A stretch of DNA of 56,383 bases from Batkoa obscura (GCA_030770535.1 JASVEC010000107.1:1-56383); one strand, 5' to 3'. Shown: positions 16,759-28,857, numbered from the stretch's first letter. The notes: generated from the sequence alone by a model not told the origin. Numbers and translations: made by a program.

Positions 16759-17066
16759 ATATACTTTCATTTTTAACTTTTAAATGTATGCTACTAACTA
16801 CTAATTATTATTTAGATTTATTAATGATGGTAGTTTATTTGTAATATCTAGTTAATAAGTTTTTATTACATCACTAAAAATTTTGATGTGTAAACATAAA
16901 TTATTATTATATTAAATATTTTGATGTTGCAATTGTATACTTCTGCCACTAATTTTTATTAAAAAGTTGCAATTTATATAATAAATAGCTTTATAAAGAT
17001 ACAAGCACATTAGAATCTAAATAAAAAGTATGTTAGTGTTAATAATACTAAGTTTATATAGCATAT

Positions 17067-17151
17067 AGGGATTTGTTCTTTTATTTAATAATTTTACTAA
17101 CAATCTTTCTGCCCAAACAACGCTTAAAAAATGATGAAACCAAAAACCCCC
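17067..17151 (+). mobile_element. MITE copy (~97-bp family), shortened
   Basis: AGGGATTTG...ATTTTACTAACAATC...CGCTTAAAAAATGATGAAACCAAAAACCCCC; ATAT on both sides. Confidence 0.75.
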
Positions 17152-18276
17152 ATATAATAAAAAAGCTTCATTTATAATATTATAGTTAATATACATTTAT
17201 TGCAACAAGTACTTTTATTGAAAACAAATTTTTCATATAGTATGTAATTAACCTTATTGTTTTTTATTATTATTAATTGTTATCTAATTAAGACGTATAC
17301 TAAAGGATGTTTTTTATAAAATTCTTTTAATGACAAGTTATCTAACTTTTATATAACAAAAAATGTATAGAAAACAAAACAAAGGCTATTTCAATATATT
17401 AGCAAAACAATAAGCTTTAAACTCAAAAAAAATCAAATATTTACAAAAAAAAAATAAAGCTGTAAGTTATCTTTTTAATCTTCTAAATTACTTCAATTGT
17501 TGGCAATAATTATTTTACGAATTTTATCTGTTTTTGGTTTTTTATTTTTACCATTACATAAAATGATTATAGGAAGTGTAATTTTGAATATCAAGTATTT
17601 GATTCATTTAAAAAGACAAGTGTCCTAATCTTAGGTTCTAAAATGAGATATAGTTATCGATATCTTTAGAATGAGCCTAAAGGATTTATATACTTCAATA
17701 AGCGATAGGTATGTAATTATCTCAACCATTTCAAAATAAATTCAACAAGTTAAAAAAATAAATTTAATTAAAATATAATATACGTTGATTAAATATCTAA
17801 GGTAAAGCAAAATAAGAGTATTTTACCTAGTATCTGAAAACTATATAGATACACTTAACAATCGCTGTTTATCATATACTAGAGGAAAACCTAATCTTTT
17901 TGCCAGTAACCACCATTTTAATAGCACTTGTATAGATTTGATCTGCTTTTATACAGTATATGTAAAGTTATCGAAAAATTAAATAGCGTATCATTATAAT
18001 ATATCCTTAATATCATATTTTTACGTAAATACTGAATTATTTTCCACTTTTAAATATTTATAGTAAATAGAATACTATAATTATTAAATTTTTTATTTAC
18101 ATTATTTTAAATTATTGTATTATTTAATATTGCCTAACTATTGTGTATTTATGATTTTAATAAATTGTTTATTTTAAAATGGTATTAAATTTAGTCCAAA
18201 ATAAAATGAACAGTATAAACAAGTGTTAAATGCCATTAATAAATATGTTAAAAATACCTCATTATATAATTCATAT

Positions 18277-18345
18277 GGCAATGTTTTTTGACTTCATTGC
18301 TTTTCCCGTTTTTTAAGTGCTATTTAAACAAAGAAATACATGCCC
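18277..18345 (-). mobile_element. MITE copy, internally deleted
   Basis: GGCAATGTTTTTTGACTTCATT...TTAAGTGCTATTT...AAATACATGCCC; ATAT on both sides. Confidence 0.75.
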
Positions 18346-19034
18346 ATATTTTGGTGCCAAAGAAAAGGCTCAAATTAGCAACTCGTTAAACAGTCAGTAT
18401 CCATAATTTACATAGGCTATTTCCATTCACACATTTTTAATATGGCCCCCTACACTTTCTAGATTAATTTTATATGAACAACCGCTTCTAATAAAATCAT
18501 CTCTGTATGCATCTGGATTGCTAATAATAATTAAACTAGTAGAGAAATAAAAACATAAGAAAAGTATAAAGATAAATTCAATAAGTCATTATCATTTTTT
18601 ATTCCTAGTTAAAAAGAATTGTCTATTCATAACAAGATAAAACTTGATGAATGAAGCAAAGACAAATAACATGTAAGAAATGCTGTTAGAAAGGTAAATA
18701 TGAGTAACAAAAGCATAAAGGACAGCAAAAAAGTGAATACCTTAGGCTTATGAAAGGGGTAGAATGAATCTCTTTAATATCGTTTAAAATCAATTACATC
18801 CAAAAGATCTAGAATCCAAATTCTATGAGGCCTTTAAACTATGACAAGATAGTCCTATCCTATAGTATAAGTAAATAATTTTATATTTTTGTCCTTTGAG
18901 TTTTTTACTTACACTTTATCTCCATCCAATCAAACTAGCTTTACTATTTTTCTATTTTTCTATTTATTAAGCCAAGCTTTTAAGCTATAGTTTTCTATAT
19001 TATTCTCATTAAAAAAATATTCTTAAAAAATAAA

Positions 19035-19450
19035 ATGAGTTGGATCCATGAAGAACACATGCCATTGATCAATTATTATATGATGTTAGCACCCTTTATA
19101 CTAGCAGGTAAACTTATCCCTCCTTCATTCAATTTCAATAGCACTTATCATCCTATTTAGCCATTTTAATAATAAGAAAACATTATAATTCAACTCCTAT
19201 AGAAGTGATTGAAAGTGGTTCTTTTCTTCAAGATATAAGAGATGGTTTAACAAGCAACAACTTTGATTTGAACCAAAATAATACGGATTTAAGGGATGGT
19301 TTAGGATCCAGTGATGAAATTAAAAACATAATGCTAAAATATAAATGTGACTTTGATGAAGCCAGGTTAATCCGACAGAGAGAATTAATGATTAAAAACA
19401 ATATTGATCCGGATACCGGTCTACCATTAGATGCTAAAGCAGTATATTAA
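19035..19450 (+). CDS. DUF2015/UPF0357 (YCL012C-like) small membrane-anchored protein, 2 exons
   Basis: SFLQDIRDGLTSNNFDL..RDGL..EIKNIM..DFDEARL..TGLPLDAKAVY; hydrophobic N-terminal exon joined via a GTAAAC..TAG intron. Confidence 0.8.
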
Positions 19451-19652
19451 TTCTAGTTTTTTTATATTAAAGTTTCTTTTTAAGTTTAATTCAAATTAAT
19501 ATTTTGACTATTTTTAAATTTCAATCTCTTTTTAAAAATAAAGCATTTAAAAATTATGAAATTTATTACTTCTCTCAACTCTACTCAATAAACAAAGAGA
19601 ACTTTAATCATAACAGCCTTATTATCCTCCTTCACTTCAACTTCTTCCACAA

Positions 19653-20226
19653 TCACTCGTCCAAAAACTCAACATAATTTTCAGGAATAAGTCCCAACTT
19701 CTCATCTTTATAGAAGCCTACTAGCCAACCTTCAGTTTGGCGATAATGTACATAAAGTTCATCGCCTTTTTTAAAAGTTAATTCTGTTGGATTTTCTGCA
19801 TTGAAATCGTATAAAGCTCTCACTCTTCCTGTAAATTTACTTTCTCTTTCCATACTATCGGAGCTTGGTGCAGCTCCTACCTCTGTGGCTGGAGTTTCTT
19901 CAGTTTGTCCCCAGTGTTTAATGTCTTCCATTGGGAATCCGAAATCCCTTACTTTCAAGGTACATGGGTCATAGAATTCTATTATGTTTATTAATATGTT
20001 AGTTTTTAATGTCTTGTTTCGGTAGTGGAAATTGAAGCTGTTGAGTCAAATTGTTCTTTATTACCTTTTTTAAATAGATCCTAAGAATTAGTTGTGTGAG
20101 TAAGCAAGTAAAATTTAAAAAAATTGTGCTTACCTTTTTTTCATTGTCATTTAAATTCACCGTTAATTTTAATATTTCTTGTACTTTACTCTTTTGATCT
20201 TCTGGTTTGATGACTTGACTTACCAT
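19653..20226 (-). CDS. NBP2: SH3 adaptor Nbp2/Skb5-like, 3 exons including a 16-nt micro-exon
   Basis: VRDFGFP..KHWG followed by SH3 RALYDFNAENPTEL...YRQTEGWLV..GLIPENYV. Confidence 0.75.
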
Positions 20227-20779
20227 TTTTCAATTTTTGCTATTAAAAAGCTGAATGTGGAGCTGAATTCTTTTACATTTTAGCTTTTGACTAGCGAGCT
20301 ATTTATTGGTTACTTTAATTTTCATAAATTAATATGGCCAAGTTTAGTAACCTGAATTTGAACTTTTTGAAATTTGAAATTTGAAAAATTTACTATGAAT
20401 GTTTTATTAATTTGTGCATTTGTCATGTGTCATAAAGCTCAAAAAAAATTAGGGCATGTTTTTTTAGCTTAATCATTTACTAAAAAAATTCTATTCAATA
20501 GTTATTAAAACTGGTCAAATAAATATAATTGAAAAAGCCTACTAATATCAATTTACTTTGTGAAACATGGTTTAGAGCTATTGATATTATATACTTCATC
20601 TGTCACAAAGACATTTAGTTATAATAAATTAAACTTTAAAAACCAATGTTATATAGTGATAACAATTAAAATACTACAAAAAAGTATGATGTAATAAGCT
20701 TGATTATTTTAACTACACTTTCTCAAACGTTCCAATAAGTAAAAAGATATTTTATCAGAATTAACAAAGAGATACCTTT

Positions 20780-21792
20780 AAAGACCTATTAGATATACAT
20801 CCATGACGCGCTATACTATAAAACCTTTTTGGGTTTATCCACAGCTAGGGTCTTCATCAAAAGATTAACTGTAATAAATAAACCTAGTTTTTTCAATTAT
20901 TTATATTCATAAATTTCAGCTCTTATATGAACATATTCAAAGCTTCTTGATGGAAGATGAGCGAAAAAATCATAGGTATTAGTATGGCGAGCCACAAGAT
21001 GGGCATGATTTGCAATATATTGAGCAAACCCTTCACTGATTACTTTTGGGCTCGCATAAGCAAGTGCTTCAATTTGATTTTTTAAATTATTTTCTTTTAA
21101 AAAACCTTTCCGTTTTAGAGAACTGGCGCTGGTCATAGCAGCGTTCAGAGAAATACCAGTAATTAAAAACTGACCAATCTTTACATTTTGGATTTTTAAG
21201 AAGATAGAGGGTCGTTTTTTGATATTGTTTTTGTAAAGTAACTATTGCTTCATAAAACCTCTATGCACTGAAACGTTCTTTTTAGCACTGGAATATTAAA
21301 TAAGTTTACAATCATAATTAATTTCCCAATTTTTCGAACTAACGGTACCAAAATAAGAAATCAATACTATTTCGATACCCGGATTAACTCCAGTTACTGG
21401 ATAAAGATCTTTTTCTTCATCTCTTATAACTGAATAATATAAAGAAGTTTTAGAACAGATACAATTTCTGCTACTTACTGATTCTTCAAAGCATATAGTA
21501 AGCAAGGTATATTTGTAATTAAAAAAAAGAGATTGGATAGTAGCAGAAGTAATGTTACATGGTTCAACTGATTCTTCACTAGGAATACATTTTTATAGCA
21601 GTGGTAAATCTGCAAAGAGTCAAATCATTCATCCCTTGTAACAGGTCCTTTGGCAGTAAAAGTAGCGTATAGCTTATCCTCTACAGTTTGTAAATCCCCA
21701 TTGTTGCTTTCAAAAAGAGCAATGTTTTGGGAGTTGTAAATACTAGCACCAAAAGCTAAACTTAATAAAAAGATTTTTTTAGTTGAGGTCAT
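20780..21792 (-). pseudogene. Decayed secreted class-3 lipase
   Basis: Signal-peptide-like MTSTKKSFLLSLAFGA, SYFGTVSSKNW, VHRGF, ITGISLNAA (for GHSLGGA), YASPKV, RHTNTYDFFAHLP..YVH; several in-frame stops and frame changes; 3' end approximate. Confidence 0.75.
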
Positions 21793-21955
21793 TCTGATTA
21801 CAAGAAAAATTATACATAATATCGCTAGGAAGACACCTTATTTGTACTGTTTATAAATTGGTCCAAAAGTATTTCTAGCACCATTACAAAGCCGTTCTTT
21901 TTTCTGGCCCATTTTGTTACCTTTTTTAATAAACTCCGAAGATATTTTACTAAAT

Positions 21956-22052
21956 GGGGAATATTTTTTGGTTTCTTCAATTTTTCCATTGTTCAAGCGC
22001 TATTTGAGCGGAAAGGTTATCAGTAAATTTCTTGATCAAAAAAGATGTCTAC
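21956..22052 (-). mobile_element. MITE copy, diverged
   Basis: GGGGAATATTTTTTGGTTTC...AAGCGCTATTTGAGCGGAAAGG..AGTAAATTTCTT; TSD degenerate. Confidence 0.7.
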
Positions 22053-22810
22053 AAAAAAGACGACAAAATGGATAAGAAAAAAGAACGGCTTCTGGCAGAA
22101 ACTTAACTATTTCCGACTCGAGCAATCTGGATATCTTGAATTAGTATTTAGCAGCTATACAATTGCTTATAGAATGCCAGTACAATAAGATCTACCAATT
22201 AATTTTCCTATTAATTTTTTTAATGCTTTATAAAAATTGATGAGTCAACTTACAAAATAGACCAGCTTATTGTTTTAAATTAAGAATAACGATTGAGTTA
22301 TATAAGAGTGGTCTAACAAACATATAGCTTGGCATTAAAGCCACTCATTTTGAAACACCTTTATATAGCAAAATATTTTTATTTGACTATCAAGTCCAGA
22401 TTAAGGAGTAAGTTTTCAAGTTAGATTATTTACTCAAGATTAACTTTTTTTTGATTTTAGTTTATTGTGAAAAAAGCAAATTGGAGAACATGGATACATA
22501 ATAAAACAATAACCATGTTTCCACGTTGAAATTATGTAGTTAAAAAGTTTAGTACTGGATACACTGTGTTTTTGTTTTAAAAAAAAAACAATAAGCAAGG
22601 ACCCCAGATGAGAACTCAAAGGGGGAAAACTCCAATTTTAAATTACTGAAAAATGGAAAAAATAATGAAATAGAAAATTTTTCTCCTAATGTTTTTTACC
22701 TACTTTTTTATTTTGATATTATCTAGTTCTTTAAAATTATTCACGTAATAATATTTTTTAGTGGATATGCAGAGATAATTAAATTTAAAGATAATTTATA
22801 CTTTAATACT

Positions 22811-22908
22811 GAGGGTGTATTTTTGTGTTTAGAATTTTACTAACAATTTTTCTACTCAAATAGTGCTTAAAAGATAGAGAAAGTAATGAAGTCAAAAAAA
22901 ATATCCCC
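22811..22908 (+). mobile_element. MITE copy
   Basis: GAGGGTGTATTTTTGTGTTTAGAATTTTACTAACAA...AATGAAGTCAAAAAAAATATCCCC; no clean 4-bp TSD. Confidence 0.85.
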
Positions 22909-24240
22909 ACTCTTATTTTTAACTTCACTACAATGAAATGAAACCAAATTTAAGTTAATAATACTAAATTTCAAGATATAACGTTATCTTCACTCTTTTT
23001 TGAGCCATACATAAAATTTTTGTGTCTTTACAGTTTGACCCAAATCCCTCTTGGTTTTCTCTAACTAACCCCACCATCGCCACAAGTAAGTAGAGTACTC
23101 TCTGGGAAATGGAATTGCAATATACCAAATTGTATCTCTGTAATCCTTCAAAGGGAAGACAAGCCCTAGATATAATCTTTTCCCCTCGAAGGTTTATCTA
23201 CTAGTAGTTTTCGTGTCCCTTAAGCTAGTTAAGTATTTTAAGTTTTTATTGTTACAAGTAAAACATTTAGAACATTTGCTTTTCAACAAAACAAAAGGCT
23301 ATTTCATTACTATTTAAATTAAATTGCTTTTTGTATTTATTATCCTTTGTAATCAAATAAATATCCCAAAACGTTTGATTTAAAATGTATGAATAAACAA
23401 AAATAGAATAGTACAAATGTATCGCATTAGCTTTTACAACTGCAGGCCATGAATTAGTCTACAGTTGCAAAGGCAGCAAATTTATTTAATTGTTTCTAAC
23501 CTATCTTCTCTCCAATCTATCTTCTTTCTCTAATACTTACCTTTTTAATTTTATGTTTTAAATAAACCAAGCTGTCTTCTTTACTGGCTAATCCAGAAAA
23601 AACATAATATTAATGACTGTTTCTGCTTTAATATCTGATGTAGTTAATAGCTTCCAAATTACTTTTATCAAGTATATTACATTCTATATATCATATAAGA
23701 ACATTAATTAATACTACATACTAATTGTAAGAATGAAAAAATATATTACGCCAATATTACAAAAATTGAAATAGAGCTAAAATTAACTTTGTTTTATAAT
23801 ATTATAGTTTAGACACTTTTATTGTAACTATTATCCTCTATAAAAAAAAAATTAATTATATAATATATTGATGGGATCTTCCATTCATTAGCACGAATTA
23901 CTAATTAATTAGAGTATATTCACTATTTTTGTTGTATAACTAGAAATGATTTGAAATCAAAATTAAGTAACATTGGCACTTTATTAGGTAAGCTCATATT
24001 ATACAGTTCTTTTACAATTATAGCAGATGACTAAAACGTTAAAAAGCATTCATTGTGAAAATAGATGGTTTTTGTTTAGTTGCACTAACTATTTGAGCTA
24101 TGTATTATAAATCATAACTGGTCACTTAATTCAAAATTTAAACTTCTAAATTAGAAATGATAAAAACTCTATTATAACTTTTATAATATATATAATCTTA
24201 AAAAGCCAATACTCAAAATAATAAAATTAAACAAAATATA

Positions 24241-25238
24241 ATGAGCTCAGATCAAGAAAGTACAAATTTACAAGTAATAATTCATTCATGTACAAAGAAA
24301 GTACGTAAAGTACTAACCTCGGATGAAAAAGAACAAATTATTGAATTGCATAAACAAGGCTATTACCATCAAGATTTGGCAGACCAATATCGAGTAGGAC
24401 GCAGCACAATAACTAAATTACTGTTGAAACAAGAAAGGATAGATAAAACTGGACAAGATATAAACCAAATAAGAAAACAAAGATATTCTCTTAGTCTAGA
24501 ATATCTAGAGAGTGTGCTTATTGATTGTTTTTGTGATGAAGTGATCAAAAATGAAAAAAAACATCTTTATTTTAAATACAATACAATAATAGCTGAAATA
24601 GTTGATAAAGCACAAAAATTAGCTATTGAGTTAGATATCAAACAGTTCAAAGGGAGTAATTATTGGTTTAATAAATTTCGTAGAAAGTATAATATTAAAT
24701 TTCAAGATGGTACAACTTCCGATGCTGTAAATAATAGCAATTCACCAACTAATATTCTAAAAAGTAATGTACCAATAAACTATGAAATTACATTAGATAA
24801 CCAGATTATTGGGAGCAACTAGGTTGTTATAATAATACTAATACTGTAAATAGCTTAAATAATACAAACTTTAATAATGATTTTATGCTTTTCAATAATT
24901 CAAATCAAAACGGCTTAACCGAATTTAACATTAACAACTGTAATATGAATATTAACATACCGACATTCATTTCCGATATCACTTGTCCTATCCAATATAT
25001 ACCACAGCCAGTGCCTATATTTAATCCTATCTCATTGAATACAGGTAATATTCAATTTGTATCGCAATCAGCTCCTATATGTGATTCCACATCGCTAACT
25101 CTATGTCCTCTTCAGCATATAATACAACCAGTTAATATATCCTACTCTATCCAACCTGACATATGTCCTTTTCAGTGCACATCACAGCCAGATAATATCA
25201 CCATGTATTCTACCAATAACACTTTGAATTTTGAATAA
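24241..25238 (+). CDS. CENP-B/pogo-type double-HTH DNA-binding protein without DDE domain, copy 1 (1-nt frameshift near 24811)
   Basis: RKVLTSDEKEQII..DLADQYRVGRSTITKLL (HTH) and KAQKLA..FKGSNYWFNKFRRKYNI (CENP-B/Tc5 HTH); ORF 24885-25238 aligns to the C-terminal half of paralog 45299-46225. Confidence 0.8.
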
Positions 25239-25379
25239 TTTATAATAATAATAATTAATAATTAATAAAGTGTGATTACTTATTAGGCTTGGTTTTTTTT
25301 AAACTATATAGTTATATTAGCATTAATTTTCTTATTCAAATTAGTTATTATACTATAAACTATTTTAAATGTAAAATAA

Positions 25380-25478
25380 GGGGATGTATTTTTTTGTTTA
25401 AGAATTATATTAATAATCTTTCCATTTAAATAGCTCTCTTAAAAAATGAAAAGTAATGAAGTCAAAAAAAACATCCCT
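25380..25478 (+). mobile_element. MITE copy
   Basis: GGGGATGTATTT...GTCAAAAAAAACATCCCT, with ATAA on both flanks. Confidence 0.88.
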
Positions 25479-25577
25479 ATAATTTTAAATAAATGAAAAT
25501 GGATTCCAATTTACATAATATAATAAGTTTAAATATTTTAGAGAAGTTCTCTTCTATTAGAACGTATGATTGTATAT

Positions 25578-25674
25578 GGAGGTGTTTTTCTGATTTTATC
25601 ACTTTTTTTATTTTTTAAGCACTATTTAAACAGAAAGAGTGCTAGTAAAATTCTTAAACAGAAATAGATCCCCC
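25578..25674 (-). mobile_element. MITE copy
   Basis: GGAGGTGTTTTT...TAAGCACTATTT...AGTAAAATTCTTAAAC...ATCCCCC; ATAT on both flanks. Confidence 0.82.
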
Positions 25675-26547
25675 ATATATCAAATTTATTAATTAGTATA
25701 TTAAATTAAAAAGCTAGATAAATTAAACTTGTGTTTAAAATAATAGCAAAACTCCTGAACAAAGGACCCTTTAGCCTTTTCACTTTAACTATTATATTGA
25801 ATCCTTTTTCTTCTAGTCTCTCGTTAAACCTCTTTTTTCTACCCAAGGCCTTTCTTAGTATTTTTATTCAATAAGCATATCTCCCACATATATGTCTTGA
25901 AAATTTACTTTTACAAATATTGAATTTCTTTGCTTATAGGAATAAATCACAGAAAAACAAAAAAAATAACAAAGAATTAAAAAACATAGAACAAATTCTT
26001 TAAAGTATGAATTCTTTAAAGTTTATTATTATTAAAGTTAAAATGTAATTTATTTGAAGTTGTAAAAATAGAAAAACTTTATGAGAAAATAGAATTTTTG
26101 CAATAATTAAAATGGTTTAATAAAAAAAATTAACCGAAATTTAGATGATAATATCAATACATCGTCTATGTATTTGATATTTTAAAGTACATTTTCTAAA
26201 GCCAATTGTTTTATTGACGTTATAATAGAAGTTTTTTCAATAATTTATCAACTTCCAATAATAATACTTAGAGCTATTATTCATTCTTTATAATAATAAT
26301 ATTATTATTTAATACCCTTTATTATCTTATTTTTCTTATCATCAAAATTCAGCTGATCAAGTGTAAAATTACACTATCAAAATGTGATTACTTAAGCGCC
26401 TGAATCTTTAATAGATCTATCATAGATTTAATTGGTCAATTTAACTCGTTAGCTCAATTGATTCTAAGGTTTTAGATCTGATATGATGATTGGATTAAAA
26501 CAAATAAACTCTTAATTTCAGGCAGCATTAATTATTGAATTGTGAAA

Positions 26548-26556
26548 ATGAGTCAT
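26548..26556 (+). promoter_or_regulatory. Gcn4/CpcA (AP-1-type) consensus site upstream of ILV2
   Basis: Perfect ATGAGTCAT about 250 bp upstream of an amino-acid biosynthesis gene. Confidence 0.55.
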
Positions 26557-26798
26557 TTCTTATCAAAAGCTAGTCACACTAAACTTCAAAAGAGTATATT
26601 AACAAAAAGAAGACGATCCAGATTAAAATTAAAAATTTAATTTTTATAAATCAATTTACTTATAAAAAAAAATAAAAAGTTTATCTTTTTAATTCTTTTT
26701 TAATTTATTTTAAATATTAACAGCACGAGTTAACTCTATAAATTATATATCTTCTCTCCAATCTTAACTATAGGTTATCAAATCAAAATTCATTCAAT

Positions 26799-28769
26799 AT
26801 GATGATAAGAAGAGCCATTTTAAAAGCCAATAACTTAACTTATTTAAACAGGCATCTAGCCCAATCTCTCCGTTTAAAATCCGATGCTGCTATTAAACAT
26901 TCTCATAATGAACCTGAAGTCTATGTAGCACCAAGAGACAATAGGCATGCACCACCACCTCAACCATTGCAACATAAACCCCAAAAACAAGTTTCATTTG
27001 TAGGTATGACGGGCGGTCAGATATTTCATGAAATGATGTTACAACATAAAGTTACCAAAGTGTTTGGTTATCCAGGGGGCGCTATTTTACCCGTTTATGA
27101 TGCTATTCATAATTCAGAACAGTTTGATCTTATTTTACCTAGGCATGAGCAGGGGGCTGGCCATATGGCGGAAGGATATGCTAGAGCTAGTCGCAAGCCA
27201 GGCGTTGTTTTAGTTACTTCGGGGCCAGGTGCTACCAATGTAGTAACTCCTATGCAAGATGCTTTAATGGACGGTGTACCCTTAGTCGTATTTTGTGGTC
27301 AAGTACCAACCTCCGCTATTGGTACGGATGCCTTTCAAGAAGCCGATATTGTGGGTATTTCTCGTTCATGTACTAAATGGAATGTCATGGTTAAAGATAT
27401 TAAAGAACTTCCAAGACGTATTAATGAAGCCTTCCATATTGCTACTACTGGTCGACCAGGTCCTGTTTTAGTAGATCTTCCAAAAGATATCACAGCTTCT
27501 ATTTTAAATCAACATATACCAGCAGAACCTAAAATACCTACTTTTTCAGTTAGTGATTTAGATCCTACAAGAGAAGCTAATAAAAAGAAAACGATTGCAC
27601 GAGTAGCTAAATTAATCAATATGGCAGAAAGGCCAGTTATTTATGCTGGTAATGGATTATTAAATTCCATTGAAGGGCCTGAACTTTTAAAACAATTAGC
27701 TGAACTTGGGGATATTCCAGTAACTACTACTTTACAAGGCTTAGGTGCATTTGATGAATTGGATTCTCGTTCTTTACATATGTTGGGTATGCATGGTAGT
27801 GCTTATGCAAATTTAGCCATTCAACATGCAGATCTTATCATTGCCCTTGGAGCTCGATTTGATGATCGAGTCACTGGCAATTTAAAATATTTTGCACCAA
27901 GTGCTAGAAAAGCAGAAGCTGAAGGTAGAGGTGGTATTGTTCATTTTGAAATATTACCTAAAAATATTAATAAAAGTGTGCAAGTAACTGAAGCTATTGA
28001 AGGGGATGTTAAAAGTAATTTAGGGCTATTAATGCCCCATATCAAAAAATCCAGTCATCCAGCTTGGTTTGAACGTATCAATGAATGGAAAAAGAAATAT
28101 CCCTTTTACCATGGTTCTCCAATTGGTAAACATGGTTATTTAAAACCACAACATGTATTAGAAGAATTAAACAATCAAACATTAAATATTAAAGATAAAG
28201 TATTGATAACAACAGGCGTTGGACAACATCAAATGTGGGCAGCACAATATTATCGTTGGCGACATCCACGTACAATGATAACTTCTGGTGGTTTAGGTAC
28301 TATGGGATTTGGTTTACCATCGGCTATCGGTGCTAAAATAGCTCAACCGGATAAAATTGTTATTGATATTGATGGGGATGCTTCCTTTTGTATGACAGCT
28401 ATGGAATTAGCAACAGCCGCTCAATTCAATATTGGTGTTAAAGTATTATTATTAAATAATGATTTTCAAGGGATGGTAAAACAGTGGCAAGATTTATTTT
28501 ATGAAGAAAGATATAGTTCAACTAAAATGTATAATCCAGATTTTATTAAACTAAGTGAAGCTATGGGTTGTAAAGCCATTAGATGTGATAATGAAAAAGA
28601 TTTAAAAGAAAAAATGAAACAATTTTTAGAATATGATGGCCCTATTGTCTTTGAAGTTAAAGTGGACAAAGGAGAACACGTTTATCCTATGGTACCCGCC
28701 GGTAAAGCATTACATGAAATGGTACTCTCGGATGCATTGCAACTAAATGAAAAAAGTCATTTTGTTTAA
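26799..28769 (+). CDS. ILV2: Acetolactate synthase (AHAS) catalytic subunit, mitochondrial, intronless
   Basis: FGYPGGAILP, RHEQGAGHMAEGYA, TSGPGATN, GMHG, RFDDRVTG and the GDASF..NN ThDP motif. Confidence 0.97.
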   Translation: MMIRRAILKANNLTYLNRHLAQSLRLKSDAAIKHSHNEPEVYVAPRDNRHAPPPQPLQHKPQKQVSFVGMTGGQIFHEMMLQHKVTKVFGYPGGAILPVYDAIHNSEQFDLILPRHEQGAGHMAEGYARASRKPGVVLVTSGPGATNVVTPMQDALMDGVPLVVFCGQVPTSAIGTDAFQEADIVGISRSCTKWNVMVKDIKELPRRINEAFHIATTGRPGPVLVDLPKDITASILNQHIPAEPKIPTFSVSDLDPTREANKKKTIARVAKLINMAERPVIYAGNGLLNSIEGPELLKQLAELGDIPVTTTLQGLGAFDELDSRSLHMLGMHGSAYANLAIQHADLIIALGARFDDRVTGNLKYFAPSARKAEAEGRGGIVHFEILPKNINKSVQVTEAIEGDVKSNLGLLMPHIKKSSHPAWFERINEWKKKYPFYHGSPIGKHGYLKPQHVLEELNNQTLNIKDKVLITTGVGQHQMWAAQYYRWRHPRTMITSGGLGTMGFGLPSAIGAKIAQPDKIVIDIDGDASFCMTAMELATAAQFNIGVKVLLLNNDFQGMVKQWQDLFYEERYSSTKMYNPDFIKLSEAMGCKAIRCDNEKDLKEKMKQFLEYDGPIVFEVKVDKGEHVYPMVPAGKALHEMVLSDALQLNEKSHFV

Positions 28770-28857
28770 AAAAAATAGAATGATACGGAATGATTGTTAT
28801 GTTTATTATTTTTGAAAGAAAAAGCAAATTATTTAAATAAAAATGTTATAAATTAAT

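Noticed and set aside
22621..22690. Possible additional MITE copy
   Set aside because: Only AAAAATGGAAAAAATAATGAA matches; core and TSD are not recognisable
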